Shown here: in pieces, positions 52,093 to 62,000 of the stretch
Numbering within the stretch: the first letter of the stretch is position 1
Layout of the letters: every line of letters begins with the position of its first letter
NCBI GenBank assembly: GCA_038087875.1
Contig: CM075993.1
Location: forward strand, 186,001-248,000
DNA length: 62,000 nt
Direction of reading: 5' to 3'
Source of the DNA: Malacoraja senta
Taxonomy: Eukaryota
Notes under the pieces: model-generated
The model's database searches: none
The model's input: the letters and a program-made list of their open reading frames with translations, nothing else
What the model was told of the DNA's origin: nothing
Position numbers and translations under genes: made by a program

Positions 52093-52290
52093 GGGCCTGT
52101 CCTACTTGTGCGTCATTTGCGCGTCACGCAGATGGCACGCGAAGATTTTGTACATCCCAAAATCCTGAGGCGCCGTGCGCGACCGCGCGTCACTGCCTAT
52201 GTCACCACGCACCATGCGCGCGTAATGCGTTGTGACGCGTAAATGATGTTGCATAAATGACGCGCAATGATGCCCAAGTGGGACAGGCCC
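52093..52290. mobile_element. CpG-rich MITE with GGGCCTGTCC(T/C)ACTTG TIRs, flanked by TTAA (Kolobok- or PIF/Harbinger-like)
   Basis: TTAA-GGGCCTGTCCTACTTG...CAAGTGGGACAGGCCC-TTAA. Confidence 0.8.
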
Positions 52291-52323
52291 TTAACTTACA
52301 CAGGATGTCTGTTTATGTTGCAG

Positions 52324-52464
52324 GGAAACCTGCCCCCCGATTACCACATCAGTTTGATCGACATCGGCTTGGTCATAGAGTACCTGATGGGAGGAGCCTA
52401 TCGCTGTGCTTACACTCGCAAATCCTTCCGAACTCTCTACAATAATTTATTCGGACCAAAGCGG
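52324..52464 (+). CDS. TRPM1: TRPM1 exon 14: [47 protein letters not shown]
   Basis: ttgcag / GTAAAT; 141 bp. Confidence 0.96.
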
Positions 52465-52794
52465 GTAAATCTCAGCCTCAAAGTTGGAATGATTTGTAAA
52501 CTTATTTTCATTTGTAAATTGTCATAAACATATAATCCACTCCAGGTCATGGGTCTCCCTCCGTGGTCAGTGCAGGGTCCCTCTTGTCCCCAGTGGTCAG
52601 TGCAGGGTCCCACTTCCCAGTGGTGGTCCTTCTGCCTCCACCCCAGGACCAGCCGCTCACTGGGAGAGGACCAGACACTCAGATGCTGAGTGGTTACATG
52701 TGTCACCCAAACTCTCAGTGTCTGTGCATAGACTTGGCCGGGCAGATGTACGGAGTAAAGTCCGTCTTTCCCATCATAGGGATTTAAAATGGAA

Positions 52795-53580
52795 TGTAGA
52801 ACAGTACAACACAGGAACAGCCCTTTTGACCTACAATGTCCGTGCCAAACATGATGCCAGGTGTAACTAATTTCCTTTGCCTGCACGTATTCCATTTCCC
52901 TCCCTTCCCTGCATATCCACGTGCCTATTTAAAAGCTTCATGGTGACTACGTATCTGCCCCTCATTATCACCCCAGACGAGGTGGTCCAGGCGCTCAACA
53001 CTCAGTGCCTCGACTGATGAAAGCAAGCAGACTATATATGCCTTCTGTACCATGCTATCTACATGTGTTGCCACTTTCGGGACATGAAGATCCCTCTGTA
53101 CATAGAAAATAGGTGCAGGAGTAGGCCATTCGGCCCTTCGAGCCTGCACCGCCATTCAATATGACCATGGCTGATCATCCAACTCAGTATCCTGTACCTG
53201 CCTTCTCTCCATACCCCCTGATCCCTTTAGCCACAAGGGCCACATCTAACTCCCTCTTAAATATAGCCAATGAACTGGCCTCAACTACCTTCTGTGGCAG
53301 AGATCATCATTGTAAGGGGTCTATACTTGTTCTCTGCATTCAACATCTAAAACTTGCTCAGATTAAATTTACTAACCAACCCATCTATATTTATGTCTAT
53401 TCCTTCGCTCCATAGATGCTGCTGCACCCGCTGAGTTTCTCCAGCATTTTTGTGTACCTTATATTTATGTCTAAGTCGTTTATATAAATCACAAACAACA
53501 GAGGTCTCAGTACAGATCCCCGCAGAACTCCACTGGAAACAACCCCCCCCCCCCACCAGAATAAAGCTCACTGCCATTCT
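52795..53580 (-). mobile_element. Old CR1 fragments with a nested young CR1 3' end (53101-53303) and a Penelope-derived piece (~53395-53460)
   Basis: 53101-53303 matches 13908-14108 almost exactly; TCCTTCGCTCCATAGATGCTGCTGCACCCGCTGAG motif. Confidence 0.8.
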
Positions 53581-53895
53581 CTCTCCTCTGAGATAAACTC
53601 CTGTCTAACCTCTCTCTAACCCTCATAGTGTAACCTCAGTAATGTCAGCCTCACCATTCTTTGCCACAGATCTGTCTTCCTTGTGAACTCTCCTCAGAAC
53701 TCTAACTGTTGTCTCCACAAAGGGTAGGGAGATCACAGGCCAATGGCATTGTGTTTATGGGTGTTGACAGGTGACCTGTCACCACAAGCATGATTACAGT
53801 CTGTGTAGAGGTACATATAACATCACTGAGACAGACTTCATACATTATCACGTAGATGAGACCTCCTTACATGCTTTCATTCTGTCTTCCTGCAG

Positions 53896-53925
53896 CCAAA
53901 AGCTCTGAAACTTCTGGGAATGGAG
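53896..53925 (+). CDS. TRPM1: TRPM1 exon 15 (30-bp micro-exon): PKALKLLGME
   Basis: ctgcag / GTGAGT; conserved TRPM1/3 peptide. Confidence 0.93.
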
Positions 53926-54059
53926 GTGAGTACTGTGTCTAATACTTGTTGTTTCTGGTAAATCTAGTTAATATCATGGTTCTCGTCCACCTCACGCTCC
54001 TTCTTTTCCTGGACCATGTATCATTCCAGCCCCTTCCTTCAATCTCTGTACAAATGGTG

Positions 54060-55050
54060 GGACCTGCAGTCCGGGGCACTTTATGTCCGGACAGTGAACA
54101 CACCAGTAACCAGTTTGTCTGGTGTTCCCCTCAAAGATGCATTCTCAAACCCCGACTATACTCCCCAGGCACTCCAAACTGTACGGCCAGATTTGGCTCT
54201 AACTCCATCTACAAGTTTGCAGCTGACACCACTGAGGTGGGCCGAATTACAGAAAGGAGAAAAAGAAGTTTGTCTCATGGCGTCAGGACAAAAACCTCTC
54301 CTTCAATGTTAGCTAGTTGTTGACTCCATGAAGCGTGGTGGAGTATTGCCCCACTCAGCATCAATGGTGGAGGTGGAAATGGTTGAGACCTTCATGTTCC
54401 TTGGCATTAATATTACCAATGATCTGTCATGGACCAACCACATCGAAGCCTCTACTTCCTGAGAGAGGATATTTAGCATGGCTCTTACAAACTTCTATAG
54501 ATGCACTGTAAAAAGCATACTGTCGGGTCGCATCACAGTTTGGTTGAGGAGTAGTTCTACGCAAGACCGCAAGAATTACAGAGAGCTGTGGATGTAGCCC
54601 AGTCCATCACACATACTAGACTTTTCACAGGTGACTCCATCTACACATTATGCTGTCTCGGAAATGCAGCTAATATAGTCAAAGATGTCTCACCCTGGTC
54701 ATACTTCTCCCTGCTCCCATCCCATAGAATGTATAGAAGCTCGAAAGCAGACTCTGCGAGACTCAGGAACAGCTCCTTCCCCTCTATTATCAAGCTTCTA
54801 AATGATCCTTCTGTAAGCTAGGCTGCTGTCTGATTCACCTCTACCCCATTATGGACATTGGACTTTGTCTATGGAACTGATGCACTACAATTCTGAGAAC
54901 GATTCTCTGCACTCCGTTTCTTCCTCTTTGCACTAACTATTGTACTTGAGTTTGACGATTGTATTTGTGCATGGTTATCTGATCTGTTGGGACAGCATGC
55001 AGAACAAAGCTTTTCACTGTACCTCGTTATGCGTGACAATAATAAACCTA
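54060..55050 (+). mobile_element. Old Rex1/Babar-like LINE
   Basis: SPQRCIL...CTARFGSNSIYKFAADT; RLRNSSFPSII; AATAAA tail. Confidence 0.7.
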
Positions 55051-55437
55051 AGGCCAGGCTCTGATCAGCATTGCCACGGATAGAACACAGCACTAAGGCA
55101 GTAAACATCACATAAACCCTTTGGTGATAATGTAACCACTTGATCTGTGTTGCCCTGATCAGGAATGTTTCATTAACCCCTCAATGCTCAGCTCTCGACA
55201 CGGAACTCCTTAGCACAGCATACACAATCTTGCTCAGCATTCTGATCTATTGTTATGATCACAGGACCTTTAATTACTTTCAGAGGGAAAGTATAACTGG
55301 GTAATTGAAAGCCTTGTGAAGAGTTGCTGGTTGTCCCCGGGCTTGTCCCTGGCTGCAGTGCTTTGTGTCTCTGCAGATGGTGGGAGTTGTTTGGATATTC
55401 TCTGCCTGCTGCTCACTGCTGTCCCGGCATATCCTAG

Positions 55438-55733
55438 GATGATGACCCGCCCTCCAAATCCAAGTGGAAGAAGAAGAAGAAGAAGAAGGAGGAGAAGGTA
55501 GACATTGATGAGGACAACCCTGCCCTTGGCCGCTTCGCCTTCCCCTACCACGAGCTGCTGGTGTGGGCGGTGCTGATGAAACGCCAGCGTATGGCCCTCT
55601 TCTTCTGGCAGCAGGGAGAGGAGGCCCTGGCCAAGGCCCTGGTGGCCTGCAAACTCTACAAGGCCATGTCCAACGAGTGTTCTGCCAGTGAGCTCGTGGA
55701 CGACATCTCTCAGGATCTCGAAAACAATTCCAG
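55438..55733 (+). CDS. TRPM1: TRPM1 exon 16: [26 protein letters not shown]...[35 protein letters not shown]...[10 protein letters not shown]
   Basis: cctag / GTTCGA; 296 bp, in phase; poly-Lys tract as in TRPM1. Confidence 0.95.
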
Positions 55734-55756
55734 GTTCGAAGCCCTGTTCCTCGCTC

Positions 55757-57067
55757 ATAGAAACATAGAAAATAGGTGCAGGAGTAGACCATTCGGCCCT
55801 TCGAGCCTGCACCGCCATTCAATATGATCATGGCTGATCATCCAACTCAGTATCCTGTACCTGCCTTCTCTCCATACCCCCTGATCCCTTTAGCCACAAG
55901 GGGCACATCTAACTCCGTCTTAAATATAGCCAATGAACTGGCCTCAACTACCTTCTGTGGCAGAGAATTCCACAGATTCACCACTCTCTGTGTGAAAAAT
56001 GATTTTCTCATCTCGGTCCTAAAAGACTTCCCCCTTATCCTTAAACTGTGACCCCTTGTTCTGGACTTCCCCAACATCGGGAACAATCTTCCTGCATCTA
56101 GCCTGTCCAACCCCTTAAGAATCTTGTAAGTTTCTATAAGATCCCCCCTCAATCTTCTAAATTCTAGCGAGTACAAGCCAAGTCTATCCAGTCTTTCTTC
56201 ATATGAAAGTCCTGCCATCCCAGGAATCAGTCTGGTGATTCTTCTCTGTACTCCCTCTATGGCAAGAATGTCTTTCCTCAGATTTGGTGACAAAAACTGT
56301 ACGCAATACTCCAGGTGTGGCCTCACCAAGACCCTGTACAACTGCAGTAGAACCTTCCTGCTCTTATACTCAAATCCTTTTGCTATGAATGCTAACATAC
56401 CATTCGCTTTCTTCACTGCCTGCTGCACCTGCATGCCTACTTTCAATGACTGGTGTACCATGTCACCCAGATCTCGTTGCATCTCCCCTTTTCCTAATCG
56501 GCCACCATTCAGATAATAGTCTACTTTCCTGTTTTTGCCACCAAAGTGGATAACCTCACATTTATCCACATTATACTGCATCTGCCATGCATTTGCCCAC
56601 TCACCCAACCTATCCAAGTCACCTTGCAGCCTCCTAGCATCCTCCTCACAGCTAACACTGCCCCCCAGCTTCGTGTCATCCGCAAACTTGGAGATGTTGC
56701 ATTCAATTCCCTCATCCCGATCATTAATATATATTGTAAATAGCTGGGGTCCTAGCACCGAGCCTTGCGGTACCCCACTAGTCACTGCCTGCCATTCTGA
56801 AAAGGACCCGTTTACTCCTACTCTTTGCTTCCTGTCTGCCAGCCAGTTCTCTATCCACATCAATACTGAACCCCCAATACCGTGTGCTTTAAGTTTGCAT
56901 ACTAATCTCTTATGTGGGACCTTGTCGAAAGCCTTCTGAAAGTCCAGATATAACACATCCACTGGTTCTCCCTTATCCACTCTACTAGTTACATTCTTGA
57001 AAAATTCTAGAAGATTCGTCAGACATGATTTACCTTTCATAAATCCATGCTGACTTTGTCCAATGAT
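55757..57067 (-). mobile_element. Young 5'-truncated CR1 LINE with intact RT reading frame
   Basis: ORF 55847-57040 (KSCLTNLLEFF, YLDFQKAFDKVPH, GVPQGSVLGP, KFADD); tandem-repeat tail. Confidence 0.94.
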
Positions 57068-57493
57068 AATCCCAGTCCCCTCCCCCCCTGCTTTCCAATC
57101 CCTCCTCCTCTGCTACCAGTGACTCTCGGTGTCAGGCAGAATCCATGGGTGGTAACGAGAACTGAATTACTAGAGCCCTCTCGCCTGCTCAGACTCGGCG
57201 CTGGTGGTTAAACTCAGCACAGCCTTCATTAGAGTTCATTAACCCATATTCCTGGATTCCCTTCATGTCTGTAGAACTTTTAACCTCTTTCTTCAATATC
57301 TCCTCAAAGAACAATTGCTCCATTCCAGGAATCACTCCAGAACCAGAAGGTTCCAGAACCTTTGCCGCATTCTCTAAATCATGTGCATCCTTCCTTAAGA
57401 CCAGATGATTCACACCATCTGCGTCCTTTATAGTATTTCACTGACCTCACTGATCGCAAACATGTCACAAGGAGGTGTTAAACTGAATCACTG

Positions 57494-57760
57494 TCCCAGT
57501 CTCACTCCCTGGGTCCCACTCCCTGTGTACCAGTCCCACTCCCTGGGTACCAGTCCCATTCCCTGAGTACCAGTCCCATTCCCTGAGTACCAGTCTCACT
57601 CCCTGAGTACCAGTCTCACTCCCTGAGTACCAGTCCCACTCCCTGGGTACCAGTCTCACTCCCTGAGTACCAGTCCCACTCCCTGGGTACCAGTCCCATT
57701 CCCTGGGTACCAGTCTCACTCCCTGAGTACCAGTCCCACTCCCTGGGTATCAATCTCACT
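57494..57760. repeat. 20-bp minisatellite CCCTG(A/G)GTACCAGTC(C/T)CACT
   Basis: Visible array, ~12 copies. Confidence 0.93.
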
Positions 57761-58082
57761 CGATGGGTGATCCAGAAGTTGAGGTTCCAGTTGGTAAGAT
57801 TAGCTCACACTGCCAATGAGAACAAACAAATTTGACCAACGATGCTAATGCCAATGTGGTCTCATCTCTCGATATCCTGACAGCAGCAATACTAGGAGCA
57901 TACTTTCAGTTGCGATTGATGTGCGTTCAATTTTGAATAACTGCAAAAGTAAATTGATTATTGGTTGGGAAGATTCACATTGCATTTCTACACCTCTCCC
58001 CCTCTCCCTCCCCCTCCCCCTCTCTCTCCCCCCCCCCCCCCCCCCCCCCCTCTCTCCCCACCTCTCCCTCCCTCTCTCTCAG

Positions 58083-58311
58083 GGACTTTGGGCAGCTTGC
58101 TGTTGATCTGCTGGATCATTCATACAAGCATGATGAGCAGGTGGCCATGAAACTGCTGACATATGAGCTGAAGAACTGGAGCGACTCGACCTGCCTGAAG
58201 CTGGCAGTGACAGCCAAGCACCGGGACTTCATCGCCCACACCTGCAGCCAGATGTTGTTGACTGACATGTGGATGGGACGACTTCACGTCCGCAAGAACC
58301 CGGGCCTCAAG
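58083..58311 (+). CDS. TRPM1: TRPM1 exon 17: [42 protein letters not shown]...[14 protein letters not shown]
   Basis: Long pyrimidine tract + cag / GTGGGA; 229 bp, in phase; KHDEQ and RKNPGLK are TRPM1-type. Confidence 0.96.
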
Positions 58312-58859
58312 GTGGGATGTTTACATCCGTGCCTTAACTCAGTCGGTCTCAGCAGCAATTTTCCGAACCTCTGCATGCTTCCCAAGTGTTGAAGAGTTTG
58401 AACAGGAAATGCAGCAGCCACAAACAGCAAGCTGATGAATGGCCGGCCCTGTGTTGGTGTCATTGCTGTTGGCAGAATGGGAAATGTCAGCTACACTCTG
58501 GGGCAAGCTCCTCTACCCTTCCTTGAAACCGAGTCGCACCAGATTTGGTGCCTCAGTTGAACACAGAGTCTGATAGTGCAGAGATGTGCAGGCATCACCC
58601 TGGGCTGTGGGCCTGGAAATCTTTATCCTTCTGAGTGAGAGGCAAGAGTTAGGGTTGGGGCTAATGCCCGCTAATCCCAGCGTCCCAGTGAGCCTTGGCT
58701 TTCCATTCCTGCTCACATCACATTGTTGTATCTTCAACATTTTATTCATAAAACGTGATGCACCAACAAATGTTACACATGTTGATGTCGGTGGGACCTT
58801 GCTGTGCCAATCGCTGTTGCCATTCTACAACAGTGCCCACCTGAAGGTCAGTGAGGAAG

Positions 58860-60000
58860 GTGAATGACGGGAGGTGTTGTTTTCATGGATTTTAGTTAAA
58901 CCCGTCATGATAAGGTGATGCAGAAGATTAAGATGCATGGGATCCATCCTGACCTGATCATTGGCTGACCTGGTCATTGGGGTTGAGGACAGAGGGTTGT
59001 GGTGGAACGGTGTTACTCTGGCTGGAGGTGAATGACCAGTGGACCTTCATAGGGATCTGTGTTGGGACCTCTGTTACATATATAAACTATTTGGACATAA
59101 ATGTAGATAGCTTGGTTGGTGAGTTTGTAGATGTCACCAAAAAGTTTTAATGCTTTAAGGTGAGCATGGCAGGTTATGTACGAGGTCTACACGAGGTGTA
59201 TAGACCAAGTTCTTTTACAGAGTGTTGGGTGCCGAGAACTAGTGTTGGAGGCAGATACAAGGATGAGATTTGTGCCGATGGATATGGAGGGATATGGGTC
59301 ATGTGCAGGCAGAGGAGATTACTTTAACTTGGTGTCATGTTCGACATGGATATTGTGGGCCAAAGGGCCTCGTTCTGTGCTGTCCTGTGTTCTATACTCC
59401 TGGGCACATGCACATGAACATACAAGTGCGTGTATACTGCAATGAACAGATATACATTTCACCACATGCACATGCATACCCAAATGTTTTTGAAGTGCAG
59501 ATCTATGTTTACCAGAGACAGAGTTAAAGCTTACAATGGGAGAGGATTTCAGTATTAACTGGCATCACATAGTGTGAGAGGGTAGAGAGCGTGGAGTTTT
59601 TTAAATGTATCGATAATCCTACCAGAGAGGGGTGCAGTTTGGAGAGAATGATATTATATCTGCAAATCCGTAGTTAGTACTGGAAAGGGTTAAGAATGGT
59701 CCACAAAGTAAGGTCCTAAATTTGGGACGGTTAATTTCAAACTCACAAGATGGGACCTGGCAAAGGTAGACTGGGAGTAGGTCCTTGCAGGTCAGGCTGC
59801 TAGACTGGGAATAGGTCCTTGCAGGTCAGGCTGCAGTGATCACTGGGACACATTCAAAGTACAATCATGAGTTTTGGGCAAATGTGTTGCCATAAGTGTA
59901 AAAACTAAATTCATCAGATCCAAATAAACCTGGGTTTCATGGGATACTGAGGGCTTGAAACAAGAAGCATGTGACAGGGATAGAGAATGGAACAAAGGGA
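58860..60000 (+). mobile_element. Old CR1 fragments
   Basis: Degenerate RT and tail (gggccaaagggcct...gttctat) and endonuclease-linker remnants. Confidence 0.6.
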
Positions 60001-60286
60001 GGCCCTTCGTAGAGTCAAACAGCACGGACACAGACCTAATGCCCACCACAACCAAGATACCCCATCAAGAGCCTCAATAAGCGTTGGAATCGCTGAGGCA
60101 AAGGCGGTAAATGGGATGTTGTGGGAATGGAGTCAATGGGCTGAAGGATCTGATGCTGTTTGACTGTGACAAGGAGGATGTGATGTTAACAGCAGCTTTA
60201 CCCAGTGAGTTTCACCATGGTGTCATTAGTAACGTGGATCTGATTGGAATCAAATTCCCTGAGACGTTCTTGTGATTTCTTGACAG

Positions 60287-60406
60287 ATTATGCTAGGAAT
60301 AATATTCCCACCCACCATTCTCCTCCTGGATTTTAAAAGCAGCGACGAGTTGTCGTATGAAGCAACTGGAGACAACGAGCCTGGGAAAGAGAAAGAGGAG
60401 GAAAAC
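60287..60406 (+). CDS. TRPM1: TRPM1 exon 18: IMLGIIFPPTILLLDFKSSDELSYEATGDNEPGKEKEEEN
   Basis: tgacag / GTAAGT; pre-S1 helix. Confidence 0.93.
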
Positions 60407-60504
60407 GTAAGTGGTGGTGAAGACAATGAGTGTCGGTGAAGACAATGTAAGTGTCGGTGAGGATGCATAGTGGGGTGTGGAAGGGTGAGGGGGAGAAGGG
60501 TGCA

Positions 60505-60724
60505 TGTGTTGCTGTGTGCGTGTATATGTGTGTGTGTATGCGTGGGTGTGTGCACATGCGCGCGTGTGTGTGGGTGTGCGCATATATGTGTGCATGGGTG
60601 TGCTTATATATGTGTGTATGGGTGGCTACATGTGTGTGTGTATGGGTGTGTGTGTGTATGGGTATGCGTATATGGGTGTGCGTGTGTGTATGGGTGTGTA
60701 TGTATGTGTGTGTGCGCGCGTGCG
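60505..60724. repeat. Degenerate (TG)n microsatellite
   Basis: Visible. Confidence 0.9.
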
Positions 60725-60894
60725 TAGGGGTGGAAGGTCACGATCTGACAGATGGATGGCAGGGTGAGTGGATTAAACACAGTGATGAATGAACGTGAGA
60801 GAAGGTGAGGTTGTAGAGGTGAGCACTGCTGGGTATGGGGTTGGACTGCACTGCCCCAGCACACCTGCTCAAGGTAAAACACTGCTCCTTCCAG

Positions 60895-61026
60895 GAGGCA
60901 AACACGGAAGCGGTTTCCAGAAAAGGGGATGAAGAAGATGGAGTGGAAAATCACCGCAGTATCCCGATTGGAAGGAAGATTTACGAGTTTTACAACGCAC
61001 CCATTGTTAAATTCTGGTTCCACACG
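60895..61026 (+). CDS. TRPM1: TRPM1 exon 19: [44 protein letters not shown]
   Basis: ttccag / GTAAGG; 132 bp. Confidence 0.95.
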
Positions 61027-61188
61027 GTAAGGCTAGGTGTTCCAGGTGTGGTGTCCCTGCAACTGTGTAACCACCCTCACCCCTCGAGTGCCCCCATCAC
61101 TCACCACCATCACCCCTCGAGTGACTGTAACCACCCTCACCCCTCTAGTGTCTGTAACCGCTCTCACCCCTCGAGTGTCTCTCTCCAG

Positions 61189-61317
61189 ATGGCCTACCTC
61201 GCCTACCTGTTCCTCTACAACTACGTAATTCTGGTGAAGATGGAGAGTTTGCCCTCGATTTCAGAGTGGATTCTCATCTCCTACATCTTAATGCTCGCCA
61301 TTGAGAAAATCCGAGAG
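61189..61317 (+). CDS. TRPM1: TRPM1 exon 20 (S1-S2): [43 protein letters not shown]; gene continues beyond the window
   Basis: ctccag / GTAAGC; 129 bp. Confidence 0.95.
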
Positions 61318-61469
61318 GTAAGCTGCCAGAGTTCGATCAGGTTCAGATTGAGACCTTTATCCTGAGACAAAAGTTCCAACTCCAGCAGGTGACAAGCTCT
61401 GCTCCAGTATAGATGGTTGTTGACGGCTAGCATGAACAGAGGGGACCGAAGGACCTGTTTCTGTCGATG

Positions 61470-61762
61470 ACTCAATGCACCAAGCCTTGCGGCAATCCAC
61501 TCGCCACTGCCTGCCATTCTGACAGGATCCCGTTTATTCCTACTCTTTGTTTCCTGTCTGCCAACCAATTCTTTATCCATGTCAATACCCTACCTCCAAT
61601 ACCATGTGCTCTAATTTTGCCCACTAATCTCCTGTGTGATACCTTATCAAAGGCTTTCTGAACGTCCAGATACACCACATCCACTGGCTCTCCTTCATCC
61701 ATTTTACTTGTCACATCCTCAAAAAATTCCAGAAAGTTAGTCAAGATTTCCCCTTCATAAAT
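61470..61762 (-). mobile_element. CR1 RT fragment
   Basis: TNFLEFFEDVTSKMDEGEPVDVVYLDVQKAFDKV. Confidence 0.85.
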
Positions 61763-61918
61763 CGCGAAGACTCTCGCACTGCCGTGACCTACTGTGACCT
61801 ACTATTCCTAAACTCTTGTACTTGGGTATGGTTGTGCTCGTGTGTGGTAGTGTTCACTGAGTTATATGTAAAGAATGAATGTTGCTGTGGCTTGGTGACA
61901 ATGAAACCATATTGAACC

Positions 61919-62000
61919 TGGTCTGAAGAAGGGTTTCGGCCCGAAACGTTACCTATTTCCTTCGCTCCATAGATGCTGCTGCACCCGCTGAGTTTCTCCA
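61919..62000 (+). mobile_element. Young Penelope-derived repeat starting at its hammerhead motif (cut by the window end)
   Basis: GGTCTGAAGAAGGGTTTCGGCCCGAAACGTTACC..., almost identical to 11168-11250 and 13645-13705. Confidence 0.85.

Noticed and set aside
57990..58080. Long C-rich tract (G-quadruplex potential on the - strand)
   Set aside because: Explained as an expanded pyrimidine tract of exon 17; similar poly-C runs are common in this window

Overview
Vertebrate genomic DNA, most likely a cartilaginous fish (skate/ray/shark; inferred from the CR1, Penelope and Rex repeat landscape). The window holds two spliced genes on the + strand. (1) The last 8 coding exons of OTUD7A (OTU deubiquitinase, 2256-24586), with catalytic GDGNC and QAHFS motifs and a C-terminal A20 zinc finger. 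(2) The first 20 coding exons of TRPM1 (melastatin channel, 36515/36539-61317, continuing past the window), all with in-phase GT-AG junctions. TRPM1 intron 6 hosts a divergent miR-204/211 hairpin with a compensatory base-pair change. No KLF13, which lies between these genes in mammals, is visible in the ~12 kb gap. Introns are packed with nested transposons: CR1, Rex1/Babar and L2 LINEs, a decayed Gypsy LTR element, a Neptune-type Penelope element with a minimal hammerhead-ribozyme motif, many short hammerhead-bearing Penelope derivatives (several as fold-back palindromes) and two MITEs. Several minisatellites sit close to TRPM1 splice acceptors.
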